DNA from: the human T2T-CHM13v2.0 reference genome, Homo sapiens
Assembly: GCF_009914755.1 (NCBI RefSeq)
Contig: NC_060926.1
Length of the DNA: 64,000 bases
Strand: one strand, 5' to 3'
Shown: positions 25,851-38,300 of the stretch, piece after piece
Numbering within the stretch: the stretch's first letter is position 1
Layout: the number at the start of each line of letters is the position of its first letter
The notes under the pieces: generated by a model
Database searches by the model: none
Seen by the model: only the letters and a program-made list of their open reading frames with translations
Told to the model about the DNA's origin: nothing
Translations under genes and position numbers: made by a program

Positions 25851-28800
25851 AGGATATTTGGATAGCTTTGAAGATTTCGTTGGAAACGGTATTGTCTTCA
25901 TATAAACTCTAGACAGAAGCATTCTCAGAAGCTTCATTGGGATGTTTCAATTGAAGTCACAGTGTTGAACAGTCCCTTTCATAGAGCAGGTTTCAAACAC
26001 TCTTTTTGTAGTATCTGGATGTGGACATTTGGAGCGCTTTCAGGCCTATGGTTTAAAAGGAAATATCTTCCCCTGAAAACTAGACAGAAGCATTCTCAGA
26101 AACTTATTTGTGATGTGCGCCCTCAACTAACAGTGTTGAAGCATTCTTTTGATAGAGCAGTTTTGAAACACTCTTTTTGTGGAATCTGCAAGTGGATATT
26201 TGTCTAGCTTTGAGGATTTCGTTGGAAACGGGATTACATATGAAAAGCAGACAGCAGCATTCCCAGAAACTTCTTTGTGATGTTTGCATTCAACTCACAG
26301 AGTTGAACATTCCCTTTCATAGAGCAGGTTTGAAACACTCTTTTTGTAGTATCTGGATGTGGACATTTGGAGCGCTTTCAGGCCTATGGTGAAAAAGGAA
26401 ATATCTTCCCCTGAAAACTAGACAGAAGCATTCTCAGAAACTTATTTGTGATGTGCGCCCTCAACTAACAGTGTTGAAGCTTTCTTTTGATAGAGCAGTT
26501 TTGAAACACTCTTTTTGTAATATCTGCAAGAGGATATTTGGATAGCTTTGAGGATTTCGTTGGAAACGGGATTAATTATAAAAAGCAGACAGCAGCATTC
26601 CAAGAATCTTGTTTGTGATGTTTGCATTCAAGTGACAGAGTTGAACATTCCCTTTCAGAGAGCAGGTTTGAAACACTCTTTTTATAGTATCTGGATGTGG
26701 ACATTTGGAGCGCTTTCAGGCCTATGGTGAAAAAGGAAATATCTTCTCCTGAAAACTAGACAGAAGCATTCTCAGAATCTTATTTGTGATGTGCGCCCTC
26801 AACTAACAGTGTTGAAGCTTTCTTTTGATAGAGCAGTTTTGAAACACTCTTTTCGTAAAATCTGCAAGAGGATATTTTGATAGCTTTGAGGATTTCGTTG
26901 GAAACGGGATTGTCTTCATATAAACTCTAGACAGAAGCATTCTCAGAAGCTTCATTGGGATGTTTCAATTGAAGTCACAGTGTTGAACAGTCCCTTTCAT
27001 AGAGCAGGTTTGAAACACTCTTTTTGTAGTATCTGAAGTGGACATTTGGAGAGATCTCAGGAATACGGTGATAAAGGAAATATCTTCCAATAAAAGCTAG
27101 ATAGAAGCAATGTCAGAAACTTTTTCATGATGTATCTACTCAGCTAACAGAGTTGAACCTTTCTTTTGAGAGAGCAGTTTTGAAACACTCTTTTTGTGGA
27201 ATCTGCAAGTGGATATTTGTCTAGCTTTGAGGATTTCGTTGGAAACGGGATTACATATAAAAAGCAGACAGCAGCATTCCCAGCAACTTCTTTGTGAGGT
27301 TTGCATTCAAGTGACAGAGTTGAACATTCCCTTTCATAGAGCAGGTTTGAAACACTCTTTTTGTAGTATCTGGATGTGGACATTTGGAGCGCTTTCAGGC
27401 CTATGGTGAAAAAGGAAATATCTTCCAATAAAAGCTACATAGAAGCAATGTCAGAAACTTTTTCATGATGTATCTACTCAGCTAACAGAGTTGAACCTTT
27501 CTTTTGAGAGAGCAGTTTTGAAACACTCTTTTTGTGGAATCTGGAAGTGGATATTTGTCTAGCTTTGAGGATTTCGTTGGAAACGGGATTACATATAAAA
27601 AGCAGACAGCAGCATTCCCAGTAACTTCTTTGTGACGTTTGCATTCAAGTCACAGAGTTGAACATTCCCTTTCATAGAGCAGGTTTGAAACACTCTTTTT
27701 GTAGTATCTGGATGTGGACATTTGGAGCGCTTTCAGGCCTATGGTGAAAAAGGAAATATCTTCCCCTGAAAACTAGACAGAAGAATTCTCAGAATCTTAT
27801 TTGTGATGTGCGCCATCAACTAACAGTGTTGAAGCTTTCTTTTGATAGAGCAGTTTTGAAACACTCTTTTTGTAAAATCTGCAAGAGGATATTTGGATAG
27901 CTTTGAGGATTTCGTTGGAAACGGGATTGTCTTCATATAAACTCTAGACAGAAGCATTCTCAGAAGCGTCATTGGGATGTTTCAATTGAAGTCACAGTGT
28001 TGAACATTCCCTTTCATAGAGCAGGTTTGAAACACTCTTTTTGTAGTATCTGGATGTGGACATTTGGAGCGCTTTCAGGCCTATGGTTTAAAAGGAAATA
28101 TCTTCCCCTGAAAACTAGACAGAAGCATTCTCAGAAACTTATTTGTGATGTGCGCCCTCAACTAACAGTGTTGAAGCATTCTTTTGATAGAGCAGTTTTG
28201 AAACACTCTTTTTGTGGAATCTGCAAGTGGATATTTGTCTAGCTTTGAGGATTTCGTTGGAAACGGGATTACATATAAAAAGCAGACAGCAGCATTCCCA
28301 GTAACTTCTTTGTGATGTTTGCATTCAAGCCAGAGAGTTGAACATTCCCTTTCATAGAGCAGGTTTGAAACACTCTTTTTGAAGTATCTGGTTGTGGACA
28401 TTTGGAGCGCTTTCAGGCCTATGGTGAAAAAGGAAATATCTTCCCCTGAAAACTAGACAGAAGCATTCTCAGAAACTTATTTGTGATGTGCGCCCCAAAC
28501 TAACAGTGTTGAACCTTTCTTTTCATAGAGCAGTTTTGAAACACTCTTTTTGTAATATCTGCAAGAGGATATTTGGATAGCTTTGAGGATTTCGTTGGAA
28601 ACGGGATTGTCTTCATATAAACTCTAGACAGAAGCATTCTCAGAAGCTTCATTGGGATGTTTCAATTGAAGTCACAGTGTTGAACAGTCCCTTTCATAGA
28701 GCAGGTTTGAAACACTCTTTTTGTAGTATCTGGAAGTGGACATTTGGAGCGCTCTCAGGACTACGATGATAAAGGAAATATCTTCCAATAAAAGCTAGAT

Positions 28801-31800
28801 AGAAGCAATGTCAGAAACTTTTTCATGATGTATCTACTCAGCTAACAGAGTTGAACCTTTCTTTTGAGAGAGCAGTTTTGAAACACTCTTTTTGTGGAAT
28901 CTGCAAGTGGATATTTGTCTAGCTTTGAGGATTTCGTTGGAAACGGGATTACATATAAAAAGCAGACAGCAGCATTCCCAGAATCTTCTTTGTGATGTTT
29001 GCATTCAAGTCACAGAGTTGAACATTCCCTTTCATAGAGCAGGTTTGAAACACTCTTTTTGTAGTATCTGGATGTGGACATTTGGAGCGCTTTCAGGCCT
29101 ATGGTGAAAAAGGAAATATCTTCCCCTGAAAACTAGACAGAAGCATTCTCAGAATCTTATTTGTGATGTGCGCCCTCAACTAACAGTGTTGAAGCTTTCT
29201 TTTGATAGAGCAGTTTTGAAACACTCTTTTTGTAAAATCTGCAAGAGGATATTTGGATAGCTTTGAGGATTTCGTTGGAAACGGGATTGTCTTCATATAA
29301 ACTCTAGACAGAAGCATTCTCAGAAGCTTCATTGGGATGTTTCAATTGAAGTCACAGTGTTGAACAGTCCCTTTCATAGAGCAGGTTTGAAACACTCTTT
29401 TTGTAGTATCTGGAAGTGGACATTTGGAGCGCTCTCAGGACTGCGGTGAAAAAGGAAATATCTTCCAATAAAAGCTAGATAGAAGCAATGTCAGAAACTT
29501 TTTCATGATGTATCTACTCAGCTAACAGAGTTGAACCTTCATTTGAGAGAGCAGTTTTGAAACACTCGTTTTGTGGAATCTGCAAGTGGATATTTGTCTA
29601 GCTTTGAGGATTTCGTTGGAAACGGGATTACATATAAAAAGCAGACAGCAGCATTCCCAGAAACTTCTTTGTGATGTTTGCATTCAAGTCACAGAGTTGA
29701 ACATTCCCTTTCATAGAGCAGGTTTGAAACACTCTTTTTGTAGTATCTGGATGTGGACATTTGCAGCACTTTCAGGCCTAAGGTGAAAAAGGAAATATCT
29801 TCCCCTGAAAACTAGACAGAAGCATTCTCAGAAACTTATTTGTGATGTGCGCCCTCAACTAACAGTGTTGAAGCTTTCTTTTGATAGAGCAGTTTTGAAA
29901 CACTCTTTTTGTAATATCTGCAAGAGGATATTTGGATAGCTTTGAGGATTTCGTTGGAAACGGGTTTGTCTTCATATAAACTCTAGACAGAAGCATTCTC
30001 AGAAGCTTCATTGGGATGTTTCAATTGAAGTCACAGTGTTGAACAGTTCCTTTCATAGAACAGGTTTGAAACACTCTTTTTGTAGTATCTGGAAGTGGAC
30101 ATTTGGAGCGCTCTCAGGACTATGGTGAAAAAGGAAATATCTTCCAATAAAAGCTACATAGAAGCAATGTCAGAAACTTTTTCATGATGTATCTACTCAG
30201 CTAACAGAGTTGAACCTTTCCTTTGAGAGAGCAGTTTTGAAACACTCTTTTTGTGGAATCTGCAAGTGGATATTTGTCTAGCTTTGAGGATTTCGTTGGA
30301 AACGGGATTACATATAAAAAGCAGACAGCAGCATTCCCAGTAACTTCTTTGTGATGTTTGCATTCAAGTCACAGAGTTGAATATTCCCTTTCATAGAGCA
30401 GGTTTGAAACACTCTTTTTGTAGTATCTGGATGTGGACATTTGGAGCGCTTTCAGGCCTATGGTGAAAAAGGAAATATCTTCCCCTGAAAACTAGACAGA
30501 AGCATTCTCAGAAACTTATTTGTGATGTGCGCCCTCAACTAACAGTGTTGAACCTTTCTTTTGATAGAGCAGTTTTGAAACACTCTTTTTGTAAAATCTG
30601 CAAGAGGATATTTGGATAGCTTTGAGGATTTCGTTGGAAACGGGATTGTCTTCATATAAACTCTAGACAGAAGCATTCTCAGAAGCTTCATTGGGATGTT
30701 TCAATTGAAGTCACAGTGTTGAACAGTCCCTTTCATAGAGCAGGTTTGAAACACTCTTTTTGTAGTATCTGGATGTGGACATTTGGAGCGCTTTCAGGCC
30801 TATGGTTTAAAAGGAAATATCTTCCCCTGAAAACTAGACAGAAGCATTCTCAGAAACTTATTTGTGATGTGCGCCCTCAACTAACAGTGTTGAAGCATTC
30901 TTTTGATAGAGCAGTTTTGAAACACTCTTTTTGTGGAATCTGCAAGTGGATATTTGTCTAGCTTTGAGGATTTCGTTGGAAACGGGATTAATTATAAAAA
31001 GCAGACAGCAGCATTCCCAGAATCCTGTTTGTGATGTTTGCATTCAAGTCACAGAGTTGAACATTCCCTTTCAGAGAGCAGGTTTGAAACACTCTTTTTA
31101 TAGTATCTGGATGTGGACATTTGGAGCGCTTTCAGGCCTATGATGAAAAAGGAAATATCTTCTCCTGAAAACTAGACAGAAGCATTCTCAGAATCTTATT
31201 TGTGATGTGCGCCCTCAACTAACAGTGTTGAAGCTTTCTTTTGATAGAGCAGTTTTGAAACACTCTTTTCGTAAAATCTGCAAGAGGATATTTGGATAGC
31301 TTTGAGGATTTCGTTGGAAACGGGATTGTCTTCATATAAACTCTAGACAGAAGCATTCTCAGAAGCTTCATTGGGATGTTTCAATTGAAGTCACAGTGTT
31401 GAACAGTCCCTTTCATAGAGCAGGTTTGAAACACTCTTTTTGTAGTATCTGGAAGTGGACATTTGGAGAGATCTCAGGAATACGGTGATAAAGGTAATAT
31501 CTTCCAATAAAAGCTAGATAGAAGCAATGTCAGAAACTTTTTCATGATGTATCTACTCAGCTAACAGAGTTGAACCTTTCTTTTGAGAGAGCAGTTTTGA
31601 AACACTCTTTTTGTGGAATCTGCAAGTGGATATTTGTCTAGCTTTGAGGATTTCGTTGGAAACGGGATTACATATAAAAAGCAGACAGCAGCATTCCCAG
31701 TAACTTCTTTGTGATGTTTGCATTCAAGTCACAGAGTTGAACATTCCCTTTCATAGAGCAGGTTTGAAACACTTTTTTTGTAGTATCTGGATGTGGACAT

Positions 31801-32370
31801 TTGGAGCGCTTTCAGGCCTATGGTGAAAAAGGAAATATCTTCCAATAAAAGCTAGATAGAAGCAATGTCAGAAACTTTTTCATGATGTATCTACTCAGCT
31901 AACAGAGTTGAACCTTTCTTTTGAGAGAGCAGTTTTGAAACACTCTTTTTGTAAAATCTGCAAGAGGATATTTGGATAGCTTTGAGGATTTCGTTGGAAA
32001 CGGGATTGTCTTCATATAAACTCTAGACAGAAGCATTCTCAGAAGCGTCATTGGGATGTTTCAATTGAAGTCACAGTGTTGAACAGTCCCTTTCATAGAG
32101 CAGGTTTGAAACACTCTTTTTGTAGTATCTGGATGTGGACATTTGGAGCGCTTTCAGGCCTATGGTTTAAAAGGAAATATCTTCCCCTGAAAACTAGACA
32201 GAAGCATTCTCAGAAACTTATTTGTGATGTGCGCCTTCAACTAACAGTGTTGAAGCATTCTTTTGATAGAGCAGTTTTGAAACACTCTTTTTGTGGAATC
32301 TGCAAGTGGATATTTGTCTAGCTTTGAGGATTTCGTTGGAAACGGGATTACATATAAAAAGCAGACAGCA
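24134..32370 (+). repeat. Long-range paralogous block matching 1 to about 8240 at offset 24133
   Basis: ORF pairs 128/24261, 1829/25962, 3011/27144, 3864/27997, 5438/29571, 7943/32076. Confidence 0.88.
25875..25891 (+). promoter_or_regulatory. Mutant CENP-B box (CGGG>CGGT), single copy
   Basis: TTTCGTTGGAAACGGTA; essential position 16 is changed. Confidence 0.8.
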
Positions 32371-35300
32371 GCATTCCCAGAATCTTCTTTGTGATGTTTG
32401 CATTCAAGTCACAGAGTTGAACATTCCCTTTCATAGAGCAGGTTTGAAACACTCTTTTTGTAGTATCTGGATGTGGACATTTGGAGCGCTTTCAGGCCTA
32501 TGGTGAAAAAGGAAATATCTTCCCCTGAAAACTAGACAGAAGCATTCTCAGAATCTTATTTGTGATGTGCGCCCTCAACTAACAGTGTTGAAGCTTTCTT
32601 TTGATAGAGCAGTTTTGAAACACTCTTTTTGTAAAATCTGCAAGAGGATATTTGGATAGCTTTGAGGATTTCGTTGGAAACGGGATTGTCTTCATATAAA
32701 CTCTAGACAGAAGCATTCTCAGAAGCTTCATTGGGATGTTTCAATTGAAGTCACAGTGTTGAACAGTCCCTTTCATAGAGCAGGTTTGAAACACTCTTTT
32801 TGTAGTATCTGGAAGTGGACATTTGGAACGCTCTCAGGACTGCGGTGAAAAAGGAAATATCTTCCAATAAAAGCTAGATAGAAGCAATGTCAGAAACTTT
32901 TTCATGATGTATCTACTCAGCTAACAGAGTTGAACCTTTCTTTTGAGAGAGCAGTTTTGAAACACTCGTTTTGTGGAATCTGCAAGTGGATATTTGTCTA
33001 GCTTTGAGGATTTCGTTGGAAACGGGATTACATATAAAAAGCAGACAGCAGCATTCCCAGAAACTTCTTTGTGATGTTTGCATTCAAGTCACAGAGTTGA
33101 ACATTCCCTTTCATAGAGCAGGTTTGAAACACTCTTTTTGTAGTATCTGGATGTGGACATTTGCAGCGCTTTCAGGCCTAAGGTGAAAAAGGAAATATCT
33201 TCCCCTGAAAACTAGACAGAAGCATTCTCAGAAACTTATTTGAGATGTGCGCCCTCAACTAACAGTGTTGAAGCTTTCTTTTGATAGAGCAGTTTTGAAA
33301 CACTCTTTTTGTAAAACCTGCAAGAGGATATTTGGATAGCTTTGAGGATTTCGTTGGAAACGGGATTGTCTTCATATAAACTCTAGACAGAAGCATTCTC
33401 AGAAGCTTCATTGGGATGTTTCAACTGAAGTCACAGTGTTGAACAGTCCCTTTCATAGAGCAGGTTTGAAACACTCTTTTTGTAGTATCTGGAAGTGGAC
33501 ATTTGGAACGCTCTCAGGACTGCCGTGAAAAAGGAAATATCTTCCAATAAAAGCTACATAGAAGCAATGTCAGAAACTTTTTCATGATGTATCTACTCAG
33601 CTAACAGAGTTGAACCTTTCTTTTGAGAGAGCAGTTTTGAAACACTCTTTTTGTAAAATCTGCAAGAGGATATTTGGATAGCTTTGAGGATTTCGTTGGA
33701 AACGGGATTGTCTGCATATAAACTCTAGACAGAAGCATTCTCAGAAGCGTCATTGGGATGTTTCAATTGAAGTCACAGTGTTGAACAGTCCCTTTCATAG
33801 AGCAGGTTTGAAACACTCTTTTTGTAGTATCTGGATGTGGACATTTGGAGCGCTTTCAGGCCTATGGTTTAAAAGGAAATATCTTCCCCTGAAAACTAGA
33901 CAGAAGCATTCTCAGAAACTTATTTGTGATGTGCGCCTTCAACTAACAGTGTTGAAGCATTCTTTTGATAGAGCAGTTTTGAAACACTCTTTTTGTGGAA
34001 CCTGCAAGTGGATATTTGTCTAGCTTTGAGGATTTCGTTGGAAACGGGATTACATATAAAAAGCAGACAGCAGCATTCCCAGAAACTTCTTTGTGATGTT
34101 TGCATTCAAGTCACAGAGTTGAACATTCCCTTTCATAGAGCAGGTTTGAAACACTCTTTTTGTAGTATCTGGATGTGGACATTTGGAGCGCTTTCAGCCC
34201 TATGGTGAAAAAGGAAATATCTTCCCCTGAAAACTAGACAGAAGCATTCTCAGAATCTTATTTGTGATGTGCGCCCTCAACTAACAGTGTTGAAGCTTTC
34301 TTTTGATAGAGCAGTTTTGAAACACTCTTTTTGTAAAATCTGCAAGAGGATATTTGGATAGCTTTGAGGATTTCGTTGGAAACGGGATTGTCTTCATATA
34401 AACTCTAGACAGAAGCATTCTCAGAAGCTTCATTGGGATGTTTCAATTGAAGTCACAGTGTTGAACAGTCCCTTTCATAGAGCAGGTTTGAAACACTCTT
34501 TTTGTAGTATCTGGAAGTGGACATTTGGAGCGCTCTCAGGACTGCGGTGAAAAAGGAACTATCTTCCAATAAAAGCTAGATAGAAGCAATGTCAGAAACT
34601 TTTTCATGATGTATCTACTCAGCTAACAGAGTTGAACCTTCCTTTGAGAGAGCAGTTTTGAAACACTCTTTTTGTGGAATCTGCAAGTGGATATTTGTCT
34701 AGCTTTGAGGATTTCGTTGGAAACGGGATTACATATAAAAAGCAGACAGCAGCATTCCCAGAAACTTCTTTGTGATGTTTGCATTCAAGTCACAGAGTTG
34801 AACATTCCCTTTCATAGAGCAGGTTTGAAACACTCTTTTTGTAGTATCTGGATGTGGACATTTGCAGCGCTTTCAGGCCTAAGGTGAAAAAGGAAATATC
34901 TTCCCCTGAAAACTAGACAGAAGCATTCTCAGAAACTTATTTGTGATGTGCGCCCTCAACTAACAGTGTTGAAGCTTTCTTTTGATAGAGCAGTTTTGAA
35001 ACACTCTTTTTGTAATATCTGCAAGAGGATATTTGGATAGCTTTGAGGATTTCGTTGGAAACGGGATTGTCTTCATATAAACTCTAGACAGAAGCATTCT
35101 CAGAAGCTTCATTGGGATGTTTCAATTGAAGTCACAGTGTTGAACAGTTCCTTTCATAGAACAGGTTTGAAACACTCTTTTTGTAGTATCTGGAAGTGGA
35201 CATTTGGAGCGCTCTCAGGACTACGGTGAAAATGGAAATATCTTCCAATAAAAGCTACATAGAAGCAATGTCAGAAACTTTTTCATGATGTATCTACTCA

Positions 35301-38300
35301 GCTAACAGAGTTGAACCTTTCCTTTGAGAGAGCAGTTTTGAAACACTCTTTTTGTGGAATCTGCAAGTGGATATTTGTCTAGCTTTGAGGATTTCGTTGG
35401 AAACGGGATTACATATAAAAAGCAGACAGCAGCATTCCCAGAATCTTCTTTGTGATGTTTGCATTCAAGTCACAGAGTTGAACATTCCCTTTCATAGAGC
35501 AGGTTTCAAACACTCTTTTTGTAGTATCTGGATGTGGACATTTGGAGCGCTTTCAGGCCTATGGTGAAAAAGGAAATATCTTCCCCTGAAAACTAGACAG
35601 AAGCATTCTCAGAATCTTATTTGTGATGTGCGCCCTCAACTAACAGTGTTGAAGCTTTCTTTTGATAGAGCAGTTTTGAAACACTCTTTTTGTAATATCT
35701 GCAAGAGGATATTTGGATAGCTTTCAGGATTTCGTTGGAAACGGGATTGTCTTCATATAAACTCTAGACAGAAGCATTCTCAGAAGCTTCATTGGGATGT
35801 TTCAATTGAAGTCACAGTGTTGAACAGTCCCTTTCATAGAGCAGGTTTGAAACACTCCTTTTGTAGTATCTGGAAGTGGACATTTGGAGCGCTCTCAGGA
35901 CTGCGGTGAAAAAGGAAATATCTTCCAATAAAAGCTAGATAGAAGCAATGTCAGAAACTTTTTCATGATGTATCTACTCAGCTAACAGAGTTGAACCTTC
36001 CTTTGAGAGAGCAGTTTTGAAACACTCTTTTTGTGGAATCTGCAAGTGGATATTTGCCTAGCTTTGAGGATTTCGTTGGAAACGGGATTGTCTTCATATA
36101 AACTCTAGACAGAAGCATTCTCAGAAGCTTCATTGGGATGTTTCAATTGAAGTCACAGTGTTGAACAGTTCCTTTCATAGAACAGGTTTGAAACACTCTT
36201 TTTGTAGTATCTGGAAGTGGACATTTGGAGCGCTCTCAGGACTATGGTGAAAAAGGAAATATCTTCCAATAAAAGCTACATAGAAGCAATGTCAGAAACT
36301 TTTTCATGATGTATCTACTCAGCTAACAGAGTTGAACCTTTCCTTTGAGAGAGCAGTTTTGAAACACTCTTTTTGTGGAATCTGCAGGTGGATATTTGTC
36401 TAGCTTTGAGGATTTCGTTGGAAACGGGATTACATATAAAAAGCAGACAGCAGCATTCCCAGTAACTTCTTTGTGATGTTTGCATTCAAGTCACAGAGTT
36501 GAACATTGCCTTTCATAGAGCAGGTTTCAAACACTCTTTTTGTAGTATCTGGATGTGGACATTTGGAGCGCTTTCAGGCCTATGGTGAAAAAGGAAATAT
36601 CTTCCCCTGAAAACTAGACAGAAGCATTCTCAGAATCTTATTTGTGATGTGCGCCCTCAACTAACAGTGTTGAAGCTTTCTTTTGATAGAGCAGTTTTGA
36701 AACACTCTTTTTGTAAAATCTGCAAGAGGATATTTGGATAGCTTTGAGGATTTCGTTGGAAACGGGATTGTCTTCATATAAACTCTAGACAGAAGCATTC
36801 TCAGAAGCTTCATTGGGATGTTTCAATTGAAGTCACAGTGTTGAACAGTCCCTTTCATAGAGCAGGTTTCAAACACTCTTTTTGTAGTATCTGGATGTGG
36901 ACATTTGGAGCGCTTTCAGGCCTATGGTTTAAAAGGAAATATCTTCCCCTGAAAACTAGACAGAAGCATTCTCAGAAACTTATTTGTGATGTGCGCCCTC
37001 AACTAACAGTGTTGAAGCATTCTTTTGATAGAGCAGTTTTGAAACACTCTTTTTGTGGAATCTGCAAGTGGATATTTGTCTAGCTTTGAGGATTTCGTTG
37101 GAAACGGGATTACATATGAAAAGCAGACAGCAGCATTCCCAGAAACTTCTTTGTGATGTTTGCATTCAACTCACAGAGTTGAACATTCCCTTTCATAGAG
37201 CAGGTTTGAAACACTCTTTTTGTAGTATCTGGATGTGGACATTTGGAGCGCTTTCAGGCCTATGGTGAAAAAGGAAATATCTTCCCCTGAAAACTAGACA
37301 GAAGCATTCTCAGAAACTTATTTGTGATGTGCGCCCTCAACTAACAGTGTTGAAGCTTTCTTTTGATAGAGCAGTTTTGAAACACTCTTTTTGTAATATC
37401 TGCAAGAGGATATTTGGATAGCTTTGAGGATTTCGTTGGAAACGGGATTAATTATAAAAAGCAGACAGCAGCATTCCCAGAATCTTGTTTGTGATGTTTG
37501 CATTCAAGTGACAGAGTTGAACATTCCCTTTCAGAGAGCAGGTTTGAAACACTCTTTTTATAGTATCTGGATGTGGACATTTGGAGCGCTTTCAGGCCTA
37601 TGGTGAAAAAGGAAATATCTTCTCCTGAAAACTAGACAGAAGCATTCTCAGAATCTTATTTGTGATGTGCGCCCTCAACTAACAGTGTTGAAGCTTTCTT
37701 TTGATAGAGCAGTTTTGAAACACCCTTTTCGTAAAATCTGCAAGAGGATATTTTGATAGCTTTGAGGATTTCGTTGGAAACGGGATTGTCTTCATATAAA
37801 CTCTAGACAGAAGCATTCTCAGAAGCTTCATTGGGATGTTTCAATTGAAGTCACAGTGTTGAACAGTCCCTTTCATAGAGCAGGTTTGAAACACTCTTTT
37901 TGTAGTATCTGAAGTGGACATTTGGAGAGATCTCAGGAATACGGTGATAAAGGAAATATCTTCCAATAAAAGCTAGATAGAAGCAATGTCAGAAACTTTT
38001 TCATGATGTATCTACTCAGCTAACAGAGTTGAACCTTTCTTTTGAGAGAGCAGTTTTGAAACACTCTTTTTGTGGAATCTGCAAGTGGATATTTGTCTAG
38101 CTTTGAGGATTTCGTTGGAAACGGGATTACATATAAAAAGCAGACAGCAGCATTCCCAGTAACTTCTTTGTGAGGTTTGCATTCAAGTGACAGAGTTGAA
38201 CATTCCCTTTCATAGAGCAGGTTTGAAACACTCTTTTTGTAGTATCTGGATGTGGACATTTGGAGCGCTTTCAGGCCTATGGTGAAAAAGGAAATATCTT

